Positions 9,156-19,374 of a stretch of DNA of 64,000 nt are shown here, piece after piece. The stretch lies in contig JASLZZ010000084.1 of the NCBI GenBank assembly GCA_030754595.1, positions 12,578 to 76,577 on the forward strand, given 5' to 3'. The translations under genes were made by a program, and so were the position numbers. Source of the stretch: Nitrospinota bacterium (GTDB taxonomy: Bacteria; UBA8248). Under the pieces are notes generated by a model. The model searched no databases, was not told where the DNA came from, and worked only from the letters and a program-made list of their open reading frames with translations. Position 1 is the first letter of the stretch. Every line of letters begins with the position of its first letter.

Positions 9156-10796
9156 CTACAGCTTCGCCGTCAGGGCCCGAAGCTCTTCTATCAGCACCCG
9201 CTCGTTTTCGGAATAATCCACCGGGACTTCGATGAAATGAACCCCCGGCGAATTGATGCATTTCTTTAAAGTAACAGGAAGCTGGGCAGTCGCCTCGATG
9301 CGGTGGCCGCTGGCCCCGTAGCTTTCCGCGTACTTGACGAAATCCGGGTTTCCGTAGTCGAGGCCGAACTCCTGGAAGCCTGCTCCTGCCTGCTTCCATT
9401 TGATCATGCCGTAGGCGTTGTCGCGGAGGACAAGGACCACCAGGTCCATCCCCAACCGGACGGCGGTCTCTAACTCCTGGGAATTCATCATGAAGCCGCC
9501 GTCTCCGGCGATGGCCATTACTTTTTTGTCCGGACAAACGATTTTTGCGCCCATCGCCGAGGGCAGGCCCGCTCCCATCGTGGCCAGCGCGTTGTCGAGC
9601 AGGACGGTGTTGGGGGCGTGCGCCTTGTAGTTTCGGGCGAACCAGATTTTATAGACTCCGTTGTCGAGAGCGATGATTCCGTCGGAGGGCATCGCCTCCC
9701 GGACGGTGGCGACGAGGTGTTGCGGAATGACGGGAAAGCCCTCGTCCCCGCTTTTGTCCTGAACATGGGTTTCCACCTCAATTTTCACTCGGTCGTAGTA
9801 GCTGAAATCCCAGTGTGGATTACGCTCGAGGAGCCCGGTCAGGCCCTCGACCGTGCTGGCGATGTCCCCGACGACATCGAGTTGAGGGAAATACACTTCG
9901 TCCACGTTTGACGTGAAGTTGTTGATGTGGATGACCTTTGTTCCGCCAGGGTCCATGAAGAAGGGGGGTTTTTCGATTACGTCGTGCCCGACGTTGATGA
10001 TCAAATCCGCGCTGTGGATCGCCCAGTGGAGATAGTCGTGATCGGATAGGGCGGCGGTGCCGAGGAATTTAGGGTGCCGCTCATCAATCACCCCCTTGCC
10101 CATCTGGGTGTTGAAAAACGGAATTTCCGTTTTGTCCACGAAGGCGGTGAGTGCCCGGCTGGTGCGGTTTCGGTTAGCGGCGGCGCCGATGAGAAGAAGA
10201 GGCATTTTCGCCGCATTGATCATATCGGCCGCCTGGGCGACGACCTTGCTGTCCGCGCTCGGCCGGCGGCCCCTGAAGACCTCAAAGGTGGCCGCGTTGC
10301 TGTCCTCCGAGGCGATGTCCTCGGGCAGCTCGATGTGGACGGCTCCGGGGCGCTCCTCCTGGGCGATGCGGATGGCCTCGCGGACGAGGACGGGGACGTT
10401 GTTTCCGTTCACCACCTGCTTGGTGAACTTGGTCAGCGGGCGCATCATTTCGACAATGTCGATGATCTGAAATCGCCCCTGCTTGCTTTTCTTGATCGGT
10501 TTCTGACCGGTGATCATCAAGATCGGCATGGCGCCCAGCTGGGCGTAGGCAGCGGGGGTGACGAGGTTGGTGGCCCCTGGCCCGAGGGTGGACATGCAAA
10601 CGCCCGCCTTTCCGGTCAGCCGCCCATAGGTCGCCGCCATGAATCCGGCGCCTTGTTCGTGGCGGGTGAGGATCAGCTTGATCGATGAATTCCGGAGGGA
10701 TTCGAGAATATCGAGATTCTCCTCCCCCGGTATTCCGAAAATGTATTCGACCCCCTCCTGTTCGAGGGCCCGCACAAACAGATCTGATGTCTTCAT
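9156..10796 (-). CDS. Acetolactate synthase large subunit-like ThDP enzyme
   Basis: FGIPGEENL, RHEQGAGFMA, GPGATN, LDNALATMG, GDGGFMMNSQE...DNAYG. No small-subunit gene adjacent. Confidence 0.9.
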   Translation of the reverse strand: MKTSDLFVRALEQEGVEYIFGIPGEENLDILESLRNSSIKLILTRHEQGAGFMAATYGRLTGKAGVCMSTLGPGATNLVTPAAYAQLGAMPILMITGQKPIKKSKQGRFQIIDIVEMMRPLTKFTKQVVNGNNVPVLVREAIRIAQEERPGAVHIELPEDIASEDSNAATFEVFRGRRPSADSKVVAQAADMINAAKMPLLLIGAAANRNRTSRALTAFVDKTEIPFFNTQMGKGVIDERHPKFLGTAALSDHDYLHWAIHSADLIINVGHDVIEKPPFFMDPGGTKVIHINNFTSNVDEVYFPQLDVVGDIASTVEGLTGLLERNPHWDFSYYDRVKIEVETHVQDKSGDEGFPVIPQHLVATVREAMPSDGIIALDNGVYKIWFARNYKAHAPNTVLLDNALATMGAGLPSAMGAKIVCPDKKVMAIAGDGGFMMNSQELETAVRLGMDLVVLVLRDNAYGMIKWKQAGAGFQEFGLDYGNPDFVKYAESYGASGHRIEATAQLPVTLKKCINSPGVHFIEVPVDYSENERVLIEELRALTAKL

Positions 10797-10854
10797 CGAA
10801 CCCTCTCCCAAGGCCGCCGGAGTTTCAGGGGCGGCTGAATTGAATTCCGTTGTT

Positions 10855-12216
10855 TTAGGCGTTTCCGAACGATTCGCAAATCGCGGCCATGTATTTCGCT
10901 CCGTTGATAAGGTGCTCGACCTTGAGGTTTTCGTTCGCGCTGTGGGTCCGGGCGGTGATGTAGCCCACCCCGGTTCCCACGAGCGGAATCCCCAGGTTCC
11001 GGATGACCATCCAGGTGGGCGTGCTTCCGCTGCCGAAAGGATTGATCACCGCCTCGGCATCATACACGCGGCGCGAGGCCTCTTGGCATGCCTTGACCGT
11101 GATGCTCTCGGGGTCGCTTTTCGCCGGAAGCGATTTGAACAGAAGCTCGACCTCGATATCCTCGAAGCCGTGGCGGTCCAGATGGCGGCGGACGCAGTCG
11201 CGGATCTTTTCGGGGTCTTGGTCCACCACGAGGCGGCAATCGATCTTGGCTCTCGCCCGGCCCGAAACGATGGTCTTGACCCCCTCGCCGGTGTAGCCCG
11301 CGTCCATTCCCGCGATGTTGAAGGAGGGATTCGTCAGGTGCCGCCGGGGAAGTTCCTCGTCGGGAAGATCGAGGGCGAGGCGGCGAAGGTTGAATTTCTT
11401 TTTTCGCTCGGCGCCGTCGTAGGGCTTCATCAGCCTGACGAGCTCTTCCTCTTTTTCGGTCAGGGGGGTCACGTCGTCGTAGAATCCTTCGACAAGTACT
11501 TTTTCATCGGAGCCCTTCATCGAGGCGAGCGCCCAGTTGAGGCGCCAGGCTGCGTTTTCATAAATCTGGGCGTGGCTGCTGTGAAAATCGACGTTCGCGG
11601 TGCGGCAGCGCAACTCAAGGTAGCAAAGCCCCTTGTTGCCCAGCGAGAGGACGGGCACGTCCTCCCGGAAAGTATCCTCCCAGATGCAGCCGTCCACAGA
11701 GAGCATGTCCTTGTTCTCGTTGATGAAGGGAAGGAGGGAGGGGCTGCCAATCTCCTCTTCGCCCTCGATGATGTACATGACGGAGCAGGGAAGCTCGCCT
11801 CGCACGGCGAGAAACGCCTCGAACGCGGCGAGGCGGCTGATGATGTTGCCTTTATTATCCGTCGCCCCGCGCGCGACGACGTAGCCGTCCACCACGTTTG
11901 CCTCAAAGGGCGGGCTCGTCCACTCGTCGAGCGGGTCGGGGGGCTGAACGTCGTAGTGATTGTAGAAAAGAAGGGTCTTCGCTCCCGCTCCGGTTAGACG
12001 CCCCGTCACGATGGGGTGTCCCCCGGTTTTGTGAATTGTGGCTTCGAGACCTGCCCGCTCCAGACGCTCGAGGATGAGCGCGGCCATTTCGTCGATTCCG
12101 ATATGAGTTGTCGAGATGCTTTTCTGTCGGCAAAGCTCCTGGAGGTCCGAGACGATCCGATCGGTGTTTTCCTCGATGTGGCTGAGGACGGCATCGAGTT
12201 CATCTGAAGCAGGCAT
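10855..12216 (-). CDS. M20/M25/M40 family metallo-dipeptidase/deacylase
   Basis: YNHYDVQP, RGATDNKG, EGEEEIGS, HSANE. Confidence 0.92.
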   Translation of the reverse strand: MPASDELDAVLSHIEENTDRIVSDLQELCRQKSISTTHIGIDEMAALILERLERAGLEATIHKTGGHPIVTGRLTGAGAKTLLFYNHYDVQPPDPLDEWTSPPFEANVVDGYVVARGATDNKGNIISRLAAFEAFLAVRGELPCSVMYIIEGEEEIGSPSLLPFINENKDMLSVDGCIWEDTFREDVPVLSLGNKGLCYLELRCRTANVDFHSSHAQIYENAAWRLNWALASMKGSDEKVLVEGFYDDVTPLTEKEEELVRLMKPYDGAERKKKFNLRRLALDLPDEELPRRHLTNPSFNIAGMDAGYTGEGVKTIVSGRARAKIDCRLVVDQDPEKIRDCVRRHLDRHGFEDIEVELLFKSLPAKSDPESITVKACQEASRRVYDAEAVINPFGSGSTPTWMVIRNLGIPLVGTGVGYITARTHSANENLKVEHLINGAKYMAAICESFGNA

Positions 12217-12358
12217 GAAAACGGCTCCTTTTCTGCCAGGGATAATTCGCGCGGAGGGTTTGTGTTTTTTTTTGCCGTGAAGATATGATGCCCTATCGTT
12301 TCAATAAATGAAATCGGCGGAATATTCCGGCAAAACCCGATGAAAAGGGGATTATGCA

Positions 12359-13534
12359 ATGGCTGACGCGCCAGCGAGCAACACGTGGTTCACCTACTTT
12401 CCCAAGGACTACCGTTGGTCGTCCGCGATTTGCGGCATGCTGACCGGCGCCCGGTGGGGGGGGACCGAGATCGGAGAGGTCGATCAGGTGGGCCGCCGCC
12501 TCGCCAGGAAGATGGGCGACGATAACCACTGGTTCCGCGAGTGGGTGCGGATGGCGGACCGGGTGCGGGAGCTTGGCCGCGCGGCCGAGCGAAAGGGGAA
12601 TAACATCTCCGCCGGGGAGCACTATAAGCGCGCCTGCAACTACTACCAGATGGCCGAGCGCTTCCGCACGCCCAAGGACAAAAAAGCCCTCGACGCTTTC
12701 CGGAAGGGAGTGAACTGCTTTCACCGATTCGCCCGTTTGACCGATCAGCCCAAGATTGAAATCGTGGAGGTTCCCTTCGAGGGAAGAAAAAAACTTCCGG
12801 GGTATTTCGTTCACGCCCAGAACACCCGAAAGGCGAAACCGCCCGTCGTCGTCTTTTTTGACGGCCTCGACATCACGAAGGAGCTCCAGTTCATGCGCGG
12901 CGTGGAGGGCTTGGTGCGCCGGGGGATGAGTTGCCTTGTGATGGACGGGCCCGGTACAGGAGAGGCAATCCGGTTCCGCAAGATTTATTTGCGCCCCGAT
13001 TACGAGACCGCCGGTTCGGCCGCGCTGGACTACCTTGAAAAGCGGAAGGACGTGAACGCGAAGAAGGCGGGGATCATGGCGGTCAGCCTGGGCGGCTACT
13101 ACGCCCCGCGGATTGCCAGCCTTGAGCGGCGCTATAAGGCTTGTGTCGCCTGGGGGGCGATTTGGGACTACTACGCCACCTGGAAAAAGCGCATCGACGA
13201 ATCTTTCAAAACGGAATTGTCGGTGCCGGGCCACCATATAGAATGGATTCTGAATGCAAAGACCCTCGATGAGGCTCTCGAAAAGCTTGACGGTTTCCGC
13301 CTCGACGGGGTGGTTCAGAAGATGCGTTGTCCCTTCCTGCTTACCCACGGGGCGGATGACAAACAGATATCCTTGAAGGACGCCCGCGCGCTCTACAATG
13401 CGGTGGGCTCAAAGGACAAGACCATGAAAGTGTTCTCCGTGGCCGAGGGCGGAGCCCAGCACTGCCAGCGCGACAACCTCTCCATCGGGACGACGTATAT
13501 GTTCGATTGGCTCAAAGATAAACTGGGGGCCTGA
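12359..13534 (+). CDS. Alpha/beta hydrolase, 2,6-dihydroxypseudooxynicotine (DHPON) hydrolase / FrsA-like (paralog 1)
   Basis: FFDGLD, DGPGTGE, nucleophile elbow VSLGGYY, HGADD, GAQHCQ. Confidence 0.85.
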   Translation: MADAPASNTWFTYFPKDYRWSSAICGMLTGARWGGTEIGEVDQVGRRLARKMGDDNHWFREWVRMADRVRELGRAAERKGNNISAGEHYKRACNYYQMAERFRTPKDKKALDAFRKGVNCFHRFARLTDQPKIEIVEVPFEGRKKLPGYFVHAQNTRKAKPPVVVFFDGLDITKELQFMRGVEGLVRRGMSCLVMDGPGTGEAIRFRKIYLRPDYETAGSAALDYLEKRKDVNAKKAGIMAVSLGGYYAPRIASLERRYKACVAWGAIWDYYATWKKRIDESFKTELSVPGHHIEWILNAKTLDEALEKLDGFRLDGVVQKMRCPFLLTHGADDKQISLKDARALYNAVGSKDKTMKVFSVAEGGAQHCQRDNLSIGTTYMFDWLKDKLGA

Positions 13535-13615
13535 TCCCCCTCGGTTTTTCTATTTGATTCCGTTCGGCGTACGGGGCGCTTCGATGCGCCCCTTCCGAGA
13601 AATGGAGAGTATTCA

Positions 13616-14800
13616 ATGGCACGAAAACCAAAAGCGCTCGCGAAGGCCACCTGGTTCACCTATTTTCCCGACGACTACCGCTGGTCGGCGGCGATCAGCA
13701 TTTTATGTTCGATGGCCAACTGGGGCGGCGCCTCGATGGGCGAGATCGACCAGGTGGGCCGGCGGCTGGCGAAAAAAATCGGAGATGACAATCACTGGTT
13801 CCGCGAATGGGAGCGGATGGGAGATCGCCTGAGGGACCTGGGGCTCGCGTCGGAGCGCAAGAAAAATAACCTGAGCGCCGCCGATTTCCACAAGCGTGCC
13901 TGCATGTATTACCAGCTGGGCGAGCGCTTCAGGACGCCCAAGGACAAGAAGGCGAAAGCCTGCTACCGGAAAGCGCTCGACTGTTTCGCGCGCTTCGCCC
14001 GCCTCACCGACCGCGCGCGGATCGAGCGGGTCGAAATTCCCTATGAAAATGGGAAAAAGCTCCCCGCCTATTTCGTCCATGCCCAGAACACGAAAAAGGC
14101 GAAACCGCCGATCGTCGTTTATTTCGACGGCTTTGACGTCTCGAAGGAGATTCAGTTTGTGTTCGGTGCCGAGGATCTGATTCGCCGCGGCATCAGCGTC
14201 CTTCTCGTGGACGCGCCCGGAAACGGCGAGTCCATTAGATTCCGGAATCTCTACCTGCGCCACGATCACGAGGTCGCCGGCTCGGCGGCGCTGGACTACC
14301 TCGAAAAAAGAAAGGACGTGAACGTGAGGCGGGCCGGGGTGATGGCTATCAGCCTGGGCGGCTACTACGCGCCCCGGAACGCCAGCATGGAAAAACGCTT
14401 CAAGGCCTGCATCGCCTGGGGCGCCCAGTGGGACTACCAGAAAATATGGGAGGATCGCATCGCGGCGGCCTACAAGACGGCGCTCTCCGTGCCGGGGCAC
14501 CATCTCACCTGGATCTTCAACGTCAAGACGATGGACGAGGCCCTGGTAAAGCTCGAGGGGTTCAAGCTTGGCGGGGTGGTTGAGAAGATGCGGTGTCCCT
14601 TCCTGCTCGTGCACGGTGAGGACGACCAGCAGATTTCAACGCGCGTGGCGCGTCAGCTATTTAACGCCGTCGGCTCAAAGGACAAGACCTTGAAAGTGTT
14701 CACGGGCAAGGAGGGCGGCGCGCAGCACTGTCAGATGGACAATGTGGCCCTCGCGGTGTCCTATATGTCGGATTGGCTCAAGGAGAAGCTCAAGGCCTAG
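13616..14800 (+). CDS. Alpha/beta hydrolase, DHPON hydrolase-like (paralog 2, tandem duplicate)
   Basis: Same motifs (FDGFD, ISLGGYY, HGEDD, GAQHCQ); colinear with paralog 1 along its whole length. Confidence 0.85.
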   Translation: MARKPKALAKATWFTYFPDDYRWSAAISILCSMANWGGASMGEIDQVGRRLAKKIGDDNHWFREWERMGDRLRDLGLASERKKNNLSAADFHKRACMYYQLGERFRTPKDKKAKACYRKALDCFARFARLTDRARIERVEIPYENGKKLPAYFVHAQNTKKAKPPIVVYFDGFDVSKEIQFVFGAEDLIRRGISVLLVDAPGNGESIRFRNLYLRHDHEVAGSAALDYLEKRKDVNVRRAGVMAISLGGYYAPRNASMEKRFKACIAWGAQWDYQKIWEDRIAAAYKTALSVPGHHLTWIFNVKTMDEALVKLEGFKLGGVVEKMRCPFLLVHGEDDQQISTRVARQLFNAVGSKDKTLKVFTGKEGGAQHCQMDNVALAVSYMSDWLKEKLKA

Positions 14801-14808
14801 GAAAAGGC

Positions 14809-15732
14809 TTACTCGGCGATTCGTTTCATCCTCGGGTCGAGAACGTCGCGGAGCCAGTCGCCCAAAAGGTTAACGCTCAGGACCGTGAGCATCAGAACGA
14901 TGCCCGGAAAGAGGGCGATCCACCAGGCGGTGTCGAGAAAAGAGCGCCCGTCGGCGAGCATCCCGCCCCAGGTGGGTGTTGGCGGCGGAACGCCCAGCCC
15001 GAGGAACGAAAGCGCGGACTCGATGATGATCATCCGCCCCAGGTATAGGGTGGCGATGACGATAGTCGTGGATATCACGTTGGGAAACAAGTAGAAGAAT
15101 AGTATCCGTATCGTGCTGCATCCCGCCGCCTTCGCGCCGATCACGAACTCGTTTTCCTTCAGCGAGAGCACCTCGCCGCGCACCACGCGCGCATAGACGA
15201 TCCATGTCCTCAGGGCGATAACCAGTATGATGTTCTGAAGACTCGGCCCCAGGATGGCGACCAGACTGATGGCCAGTAGAATAAACGGCACCGCCAGCGC
15301 CGTATCGACAATCCGGCTGATGATGGTGTCCGCCCACCCTCCGAAATAGCCCGCCACAATTCCGATGGTGATTCCGATTATGCCGCTGATGATAACGGCG
15401 GTGACTCCCACGATGAGGGAGATTCGCGAGCCCCAGATGATGCGGCTGAGAATGTCCCGGCCCTGTTGATCGGTTCCCAAATGGTAGACACGGCCCGCCG
15501 TGTCAGTGAATCCGGGCGGCTTGGTGTAGCGGGTCAGGTCCTGATCGACCGGGTCGAGGGGGGAGAACGCCCCGGGAATGATGGCGAAGGTGATCACGAT
15601 GACGAGGATGATCAGGCCCAGGATGGCCGGCGGGCGCCGCTTGAGCTCGCGTATGGCCAACTGAAACTCGGAGGGCCCGCGCTCATCATCGGCGATAATG
15701 TTAGCCATGGACTGGGACTGTTCGACTGCCAT
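14809..15732 (-). CDS. Dpp/Opp-type ABC transporter permease (DppC-like)
   Basis: LGTDQQGRDILSR, EAA loop EFVIGAKAAG, ESALSFLGLG, LGDWLRD. Confidence 0.93.
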   Translation of the reverse strand: MAVEQSQSMANIIADDERGPSEFQLAIRELKRRPPAILGLIILVIVITFAIIPGAFSPLDPVDQDLTRYTKPPGFTDTAGRVYHLGTDQQGRDILSRIIWGSRISLIVGVTAVIISGIIGITIGIVAGYFGGWADTIISRIVDTALAVPFILLAISLVAILGPSLQNIILVIALRTWIVYARVVRGEVLSLKENEFVIGAKAAGCSTIRILFFYLFPNVISTTIVIATLYLGRMIIIESALSFLGLGVPPPTPTWGGMLADGRSFLDTAWWIALFPGIVLMLTVLSVNLLGDWLRDVLDPRMKRIAE

Positions 15733-15756
15733 TTCAATCGCTCCCGTACCGGTCGC

Positions 15757-16770
15757 TTAGCTGTACGAAATCCGGGGATCGAGCCAGGCGTAGAGGAGAT
15801 CCACGACCAGATTCACGAATACGAATACGAATGCCAACAAGGCCACCGCCGCCTGGACGATGGGGTAGTCCTGGTTGCTGATGGCGTCCACCACCAAAAA
15901 CCCCACGCCCGGCCAGGCGAATACGGCCTCGGTAACGACGGTTCCGCCGAGGAGGATTCCCAATTCCAGCCCCACCAGCGTCACGACGGGGATCGAGGCG
16001 TTCTTGAGAGCGTGATGGAGGATGACCAGCCATTCGGCCACACCCTTCGATCGGGCGGTGCGGACGTAATCCATCTCGAGGACATCGAGCATCTGCGAGC
16101 GCACAAGGCGCGTAATGCGGGCGGTGGCGTACAGGCCCGCCGTGACCGCCGGAAGGATGATGTAGTACCAGGCCTCGAAGCCCGAGGTGGGAAGCCAGCC
16201 GAGATAGACCGAGAAAAATATGATGAGCAGGAGGCCCAGCCAAAAATTGGGCATGGACTGCCCGAACATCGATCCCACCGAGCTTGTATGATCGATCCAG
16301 GTGTTCTTGAAGGTGGCCGAGAGCACCCCCGCCGGTATCGAAATCAAAATCGCGATGACCACCGATGTGAATGCGAGGAGGACGGTATTCGGGAAGTGCT
16401 CCAGGACAAGGCCCATCGCGGGTATTTCGTGGCGGTATGAGAAGCCGAAATCCCCGCGTATGACGCCCAGGGTTTTCACCCGCTCGGCGTTTTCTATATC
16501 GACGTCGGAAGTCTTGATATTCTGAATTTCCCCTTCCAGAAAATAATCGACGGTATCCACCCCGAAGAGGAATTTGGCGAACTGGATGGGGAGCGGCTGG
16601 TCGAAGCCCATCTCCTTGGCGAAGGCGGCCACTTCCTCTTCGGTGGACTCCAGGGGCATCAGAATCGCGGCCGGGCTCCCCGTGATCTGGAGCATCGAAA
16701 AAACGATCACCAGAATCGCGGCGAAAACGATCAGGCTCTGAAGCACTCGGCGAATAATATATGCGCGCAT
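15757..16770 (-). CDS. Dpp/Opp-type ABC transporter permease (DppB-like)
   Basis: GDFGFS, PNFWLG, DYVRTARSKG, TEAVFAWPG, DPRI. Confidence 0.93.
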   Translation of the reverse strand: MRAYIIRRVLQSLIVFAAILVIVFSMLQITGSPAAILMPLESTEEEVAAFAKEMGFDQPLPIQFAKFLFGVDTVDYFLEGEIQNIKTSDVDIENAERVKTLGVIRGDFGFSYRHEIPAMGLVLEHFPNTVLLAFTSVVIAILISIPAGVLSATFKNTWIDHTSSVGSMFGQSMPNFWLGLLLIIFFSVYLGWLPTSGFEAWYYIILPAVTAGLYATARITRLVRSQMLDVLEMDYVRTARSKGVAEWLVILHHALKNASIPVVTLVGLELGILLGGTVVTEAVFAWPGVGFLVVDAISNQDYPIVQAAVALLAFVFVFVNLVVDLLYAWLDPRISYS

Positions 16771-17051
16771 ACGGCCATCCGTGGGCAAGGACAATCGGGA
16801 AAAAATATTCCGGACTCTTTTGTTCCGTTGGCAGCGTAATCCTCGCGTTCTTTTTTGCCGCCGTCAAGGCGGAAAACGGATACGGAGAAGGGCGGCCTCG
16901 GAGATTTCCGGGCCCCCGCCGGGGTGCGCAGGCGGAGCCGCGCACATGGACATCCAGGGAGCGAATCCCGTAGGATACCCTTTGTTCAACCCCAGGTTAA
17001 GTGTGGTTTTTATCGAAACTCCGCTACCACTCGGCGCGGAGGAGAGCGGTC

Positions 17052-17288
17052 ATGTCCGTCCAGGCGAAGCTGGATCATATCGGTCTCAACGTGAGGGATC
17101 GCGAGCGTTCGATTCGCCGGTATCGTGACGTTCCCGGTTGTCGGCTATCGGATTGCCTCCCCGGTGGAGACACCGGGGAGCCCGCCGTGCCGGACGGAAT
17201 CAAAATCGAAATATCGCACGGCATGAAAACCGTGAACATGGACTACGGCAACCGATACGATATCGCCCGGAAAATCGCGGCCTCCTGA
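17052..17288 (+). pseudogene. VOC/glyoxalase family remnant with an apparent internal deletion
   Basis: 78 aa. It keeps the N-terminal LDHIGLNVRD..RS...Y.DV.G and C-terminal PDGIKIEI motifs, but the middle of the fold is missing. Good GGAGGAG RBS. Confidence 0.6.
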
Positions 17289-17322
17289 AGTCTTCTTTAA
17301 CCATGCACTTTAGGGAAATCAT

Positions 17323-18306
17323 ATGAAACTCGCCACCTACCGGAATACGGCCCCCGGCGCGACGGGAGATCGGCTGGGCGCCGTTTTGTCGAACGGAAAC
17401 ATGGCCGATCTCAGGCTCACCTATGCGGCCTATCTCGCCCGCGAGGAGGGGGAGGGGCGCCCCTACGCGATGGCGAACGCGCGGATTCCACGCGATATGA
17501 CCGAATTTCTGGCGGGCGGCGCCCCCGCCCTCGACGCCGCCAGCGTGGCGGTGGATTTCGCAGAAAGTGACCTCCGCTCCGGAGCCGATCCGGTGGGGCC
17601 AAACGGGGAGCTTTGCGCCCTCAAGCCGAAACACTTCCGCCTTCGCGCCGTGATTCCCCGCCCGGGCAAGTTTCTCCATACCGGCCTCAATTCGAAAAAA
17701 CACGTTGAGAACACCGGAAACAAAGCGCCCGAAAACGTCGCCGGCGCGCCCCGGTTCATTTCATCACTCATCGGACACGAGGAGCCGGTGGTCCACCCGA
17801 GGCAAACCCAGCGATTCGACTACGAGGTGGAGGTGGGCATTGTCATCGGAAAGCGCTGCAAGGACGTCAAGCCCGAGAATGCCTTCGACGCCGTCGTCGG
17901 TTACACGATCTACAACGACCTCACCGCCCGCGAGGTCCAGCGCTCGCCGGCGCTGGGCGGTGTTTTTCTCGGAAAGAATTTCGACACCACCAATCCAATC
18001 GGCCCCTATCTCGTCACCGCCGACGAGGTGCCCAGCCCGAACGAGCTTCTGGTGGAGTGCCGCGTGAACGGCGACGTGCGCCAGCACGAGCGGCTGACGG
18101 ACATGATCTTCGACATCCCGACCCTGGTTTCATTCTTTAGCCAGATGACACTCGAGCCGGGAGACATCATTTCATCGGGGACCTTCGGCGGAGTCGCCCA
18201 CGAACAGCCCGACCCCGAGCCTTATTTCCTGAAGCCGGGCCACGTCGTCGAGTGCGAGGTCGAGCACCTGGGCATCTTGCGTAATCCCATCGTCGCGGTC
18301 GAGTAG
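17323..18306 (+). CDS. Fumarylacetoacetate hydrolase family protein
   Basis: GLN...H, DYEVE, YNDLTAR, GKNFDT, TLEPGDIISSGT, LRNP. Confidence 0.92.
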   Translation: MKLATYRNTAPGATGDRLGAVLSNGNMADLRLTYAAYLAREEGEGRPYAMANARIPRDMTEFLAGGAPALDAASVAVDFAESDLRSGADPVGPNGELCALKPKHFRLRAVIPRPGKFLHTGLNSKKHVENTGNKAPENVAGAPRFISSLIGHEEPVVHPRQTQRFDYEVEVGIVIGKRCKDVKPENAFDAVVGYTIYNDLTAREVQRSPALGGVFLGKNFDTTNPIGPYLVTADEVPSPNELLVECRVNGDVRQHERLTDMIFDIPTLVSFFSQMTLEPGDIISSGTFGGVAHEQPDPEPYFLKPGHVVECEVEHLGILRNPIVAVE

Positions 18307-18340
18307 TTGCTGCGTGGGCGTCGCCGGGTTGTAGTCCGCT

Positions 18341-19318
18341 CTAAGCGTAATTCAGCGCTATTCTTGCGGCGGCGGCGATCTTTTCTGTGCTCGGGAGAAC
18401 GAACGCTTCCATTTTAGGCTGAACGGGTATCGGCGCGTTCAGCGCGGCCACCCGTTCGATGGGCGCCTTGAGCGAGCCGAACAACACGGCCTGAAGGGCG
18501 GCGGCGATCTCGGCGCCCACTCCCCCGTGGAGGTGTCCCTCCTCAACCACGACGCATCGCCCCGTCTTGCCCGCGGAGGCCGCCAGCCCCTCGGTGTCGA
18601 GCGGTGAGATCGTCCGGGGGTCAATCACCTCGGCGCTGATGCCGTCCGCGGCCAGCGCCTCCGCAGCCTCCATGCATTTCGGCACCTGTGAGCCCACGCC
18701 GATGAGGGTGATGTCCGAGCCCTCGCGCTTCACCGCGGCCTTTCCGAACGGAACAGCGACATCCCCCTCCGGCACAGGGCCCTCCAACGGGTAGAGCGAG
18801 CGGTACTCGGTGAAGATGACCGGGTTGTCGTCGCGGATGGCGGTCTTGAGCAGTCCTTTTGCGTCCGCCGCGTCGCTCGGGACGGCCACCTTGAGCCCCG
18901 GTATTTTCATGAACCAGCTCTCAAGGCTCTGGCTGTGCGTCGGGCCGTTCTGGACGCCGCCGCCCTGGGGGGTGCGGATGACGAGGGGAACCGAAACCTG
19001 CCCGCCCAGCATGTAGCGAAGTTTTGGCGCCTGGTTCGCAATGGGGTCGATAGCCACCAGGGTGAAATCCACAAGCCGCATATCCAGAACGGGCCTATAG
19101 CCCGCCATCGCGGCCCCGACAGCGGCGCCCGTGAAGCCGAGTTCGCTGATCGGAGTGTTGCGGACGCGGGCCTTCCCGAACCTATCCGCCAGTTCCGCCG
19201 TCAGCGGGGAGACCGATGGGGTCGATACATCCTCGCCCATCACGAAGACTTTTTCGTCGCGCTCCATCTCCTCGCGGAGCGCCTCGGTAATCGCTTCTGA
19301 AAATTTTATGTTCGGCAT
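18341..19318 (-). CDS. 2-oxoacid/acetoin dehydrogenase E1 beta subunit
   Basis: GEDV, NTPISE, HSQSLE, EVIDPRT. Confidence 0.92.
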   Translation of the reverse strand: MPNIKFSEAITEALREEMERDEKVFVMGEDVSTPSVSPLTAELADRFGKARVRNTPISELGFTGAAVGAAMAGYRPVLDMRLVDFTLVAIDPIANQAPKLRYMLGGQVSVPLVIRTPQGGGVQNGPTHSQSLESWFMKIPGLKVAVPSDAADAKGLLKTAIRDDNPVIFTEYRSLYPLEGPVPEGDVAVPFGKAAVKREGSDITLIGVGSQVPKCMEAAEALAADGISAEVIDPRTISPLDTEGLAASAGKTGRCVVVEEGHLHGGVGAEIAAALQAVLFGSLKAPIERVAALNAPIPVQPKMEAFVLPSTEKIAAAARIALNYA

Positions 19319-19374
19319 CGTCGCCTCTCGGATAACAGCGGTTTGATTAGGAACTCGAGTTGAAAATCGATCGA

